Assembly: GCA_964016885.1 (NCBI GenBank)
Contig: OZ024746.1
Coordinates: forward strand, 27,466,001 to 27,530,000
Length of the DNA: 64,000 nt
Source: Eledone cirrhosa
Lineage: Eukaryota
Direction: 5' to 3'
The notes under the pieces were generated by a model. The model did no database searches. It was given only the letters and a program-made list of their open reading frames with translations, and was not told where the DNA came from. Positions 60,416 through 64,000 of the stretch are shown here, one piece after another. How positions within the stretch are numbered: position 1 is the stretch's first letter; each line of letters begins with the position of its first letter. Both the position numbers and the translations under genes were made by a program.

Positions 60416-60465
<50 letters not shown>

Positions 60466-60759
60466 ATGTTTTTTTTTGCCATTAGATTTTTGTGAAAGTA
60501 TCGAAAGTAGTTTTCGAAAATCGTTGTAATAATTATTCCTTCTTTCAATTGAATAGAAATATGTTCAGTGATGCTACAGAATACCATTTTGAAAGAGTAT
60601 TCTATACAACGCCTTCTCATATCTGATTTCTGTATACAGTATTCACAATATTAAGGCATTGTGTGTTTATATAAAAGGCATAAGAGAATATTAAATTTCA
60701 CTTTACTATCCCAAGCTGTGATTCATTTTCTTCATACATATATACATACATACACCCAC

Positions 60760-60811
<52 letters not shown>

Positions 60812-61197
60812 CTGTGTATGTACGTGTCTGTGTGTGTATGTGTACGTTTGGGTGCATGTGTGTCAGAGGTATTTCAGCGTTAACATCAACTCAATGAATA
60901 CAATATATTCAAGCCACACAAGCCACAAGCGTAATTATGGAAATGGAAGACACTGTAAATACAAAATGGCTTCCCCGAAATATAATGAAAACTAGCGAAC
61001 ATTAATATTCTAATGGCTCATCACCAACACAATTGGCCTTTCATCAGAAACTGGCTGTCATTCTACCTTCCTCTCTCTTCCACGACTCATTCAACCGATG
61101 TCTAATTTTATTGTCTTCTGCTCACTGAACCATCAGCATAAAACCGTCATAATTTAGATGCTTCTGAATTATGTGTATGCATTTATGTATGTATGTA

Positions 61198-61268
<71 letters not shown>

Positions 61269-61342
61269 GCGCGCGCGAGTGAATATATATATATATATAT
61301 ATACACATGCGCGCGTGTGTGTATATATATGTATGTATAGTG

Positions 61343-61428
<86 letters not shown>

Positions 61429-61553
61429 GTGTATATATATGTATGTTTATATGTATGTATATATTGTAAAGAGTTAGTGCTCGATGACTGAGATCATGCC
61501 ATCTCCACAGCGAATGGATAACTATACATATATGTGTGTGTGTATTGCATATA

Positions 61554-61640
<87 letters not shown>

Positions 61641-62472
61641 ATATATATATACATACGACGTCTGCTAATGTATATTTTATAGAGACGTCATGTCTTGTAC
61701 AATTTACTCAACACAAGCAACTCACGCATTCAACACACGCATTCACACACACACACATACACACATACACACACACCACAAACAGACGCATACATTTCTT
61801 TTAAGAGTTTAAAATCTTAAGTTTGAATCCGTCAGTAATCATATATTTTAGCTGCCCTACATCTGTTCTACTTGTGTGTTTTCCGGATATTAAAAGCTTC
61901 TCTATATTAAAATACTAAATCTAATATTTAGCGAAGTTAAGTAGTCGTAGTTGAGATATTTCAAATATTTCCAATATGGTGTCTGATCAAGAAAACACTC
62001 TTTTATTTGATTTGACAACGAAGTGTTTGGCTTTTATATGAACATTCTTCACAGATATTAAAACAGCCTCGCCCCGAGTATACTGGAACATAAACACTGA
62101 TATCAAACGTTTGTTTTATTGTTACTGTTGTTGTTGTTACTATCGTTACTGAACGGAACGCCTCGTATATATTTGATTTATGAGTTTGTTGTTTCTTTAC
62201 TTGTCTCTGACTCGTTTTTGATGAATTTATATCTTGTTTTGTGGCTAAATGACCGGGATCCCAAAGAAGAGGTCGGTTTCCCGATCTCTTCAAATCTTAA
62301 GGGCAAAATTTGTAGCTAAAATAAAAAGAAAAAAATATTTCCGCTCAATTTGTTTTGAAAATCAGAAAGGAGGAAGACATTCGTATGTGATCAGCAGAAA
62401 AGAACTACTGGCTGTACACTGAGTGGAACAGACGAAATTCAAATCAAAGTCCCAACACCGTTGAAGACAGCA

Positions 62473-62504
<32 letters not shown>

Positions 62505-62683
62505 TACGACTACTATAAAACACGCGAAGCAACAAAACTATAAAATAGTTATTTTCCAGCATAGCAAATATCTGGCACCACCACCACCACCACCAACAAC
62601 AACAAGAAGTCATAATGTAACCAAAAAAAGTACAACTCTGAAACCACTTATAATCCAAACGTCAATTAAAACAATATTACGGA

Positions 62684-63715
62684 TTCAGGTGTCTTGAAGA
62701 CTTTCTTGCAAAATCTCTCCCTTTAGTGTTAGCGGGGAATAAAGGATTTAGACAGTTTTATTTTATTAGGTTAACACTTAGGAATATCGTAGGGTGTCCA
62801 CAGATACAAATGTTTACCTATTTAGACCACAGATTTGTGATCTGCATTGTCGATCTAAATAGAACACGTAGACAAAGAGCCGCTTACTGGGAGATTAACG
62901 CGTCGTTCTCGGCGCGCAATGGCTACAGAGTCTGGATTAGCACATTGGTTAAGCAACAGTTGACAGGAACACTCGTCAACAACGTATGTTGGTGTGCTGT
63001 CAAGAGAGCGATTAGAGTAGAATAAATAGCTTTAAGTAAATAAGTAGCAATAGAAGAAATAGAGTAGATGTGGGATGTAAAAGCTAAAGTAGAAGAGGCG
63101 TTAAGAGCGGCCTTTCAACCGACGTGCTAGCGGCAAGAATGGCATGAGATGATTTCTTCAATGCGAAACAAGAAGTTTGCATTGTCCGAGCTAAGTTATG
63201 TGCTCTACAGCGCGAAGGAACAAACGTTTTTAGATTCGTCCGATTGGCAGCGGCGCAGCGTGGCAATAAAGGCAATTTAGTATATGACGGACTAACATGG
63301 ATATGTGCTGCTCGATTCGAAGCAGATGTGTGCGGCTTTTCTGTGAGACTTTATGCAACTCTTCGGGAAAAGTGGTGTGGAGACGATGATGGAGACGGTG
63401 ACTTTCAACGGAATATGTGGTGTGTTGTGAATAGCCGATAACAGCAGCTGGAATACAGACAAGCGTAAGATGTTGTACGACATTTACATAGATATACCAG
63501 ACTTGTTCGCTCACATCCTCGAAGCTGTTTATGGCAACAGAACGGGAAAACTCCCAATTTTGAAAGTCGGAGAAAAGTTGCAGTGATGTTAAAAGACGCG
63601 AACAGGGGGCAAAGAACGGCCATAACTCAAAACAGAGTTTAAGATTTTGGTCAAGGTGCTTGCAACCCCGACCAGTCTTATTTCCGACATCCTCCACGTG
63701 TTATACATCATCGGA
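62684..63715 (+). pseudogene. Decayed, internally deleted ORF2 of a related Tx1-type element
   Basis: Collinear similarity to the intact ORF2: GCPQIQMFTYLDHRFVICIVDL vs GCPQFKIVSYTDHKFVICVLDL; acagagtttaagattttgg shared. Multiple stops and deletions. Confidence 0.85.
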
Positions 63716-64000
63716 CAATACCATCCTGGAACTTTTAGTCATTACAGATGTATAGATACAATTAATATTTATTTTATCATAGTTTATTTAAATAACTTAG
63801 AGCATATTCCAACTGCCTTACGAAATATCAATAATAATTTCTTATTTGAAACCTTATGAAAGTTTCTGTCTATATGATATCTTTCCACTGACACACTTCA
63901 GTAAAGAGCCAGAGAAATTAAATTGGATCTTTTATTGAAATAGGAAATGAAGCAAATCTTTGAGATGAGAGACGAACCTCATACCAAATATCATGGGTGA

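Larger units (their letters stand above)
54394..60417 (+). mobile_element. Full-length Tx1-type (L1 group) non-LTR retrotransposon inserted in an (ATT)n microsatellite
   Basis: Two long intact ORFs separated by a 35-nt spacer. (ATT)n abuts both ends (54344-54393 and 60418-60462). AATAAA at 60406, no poly(A) tail. GC-rich relative to the flanks. Confidence 0.92.

Overview
AT-rich, microsatellite-dense eukaryotic DNA with one 200-N gap at 16148-16347. The SINE types and repeat style suggest an octopod cephalopod (inference from recall, not checked). Almost all predicted ORFs are microsatellite translations. The only intact coding unit is a full-length ~6.0 kb Tx1-type (L1 group) non-LTR retrotransposon at 54394-60417: ORF1 has a CCHC knuckle, ORF2 is APE-RT-CCHC, and it sits inside an (ATT)n tract with no poly(A) tail. 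A decayed relative lies at ~62.7-63.7 kb. A tRNA-derived SINE repeatedly has target duplications or junctions starting with ATTAT, suggesting an ATT-targeting LINE/SINE pair. The second main signal is at least nine short asymmetric fold-back elements from several unrelated families, almost all in or next to (TA)n tracts. Many carry type I hammerhead ribozyme motifs of the Penelope pLTR/retrozyme kind, and one is a 465-bp partial tandem restarting just after the predicted cleavage site. Also present: decayed RTE LINEs (one with three C-terminal C2H2 fingers), R4/Dong-like RLE fragments, a TIR element carrying convergent tRNA-like units, a Tc1/mariner fragment, minisatellites, and a possible terminal host exon on the minus strand.
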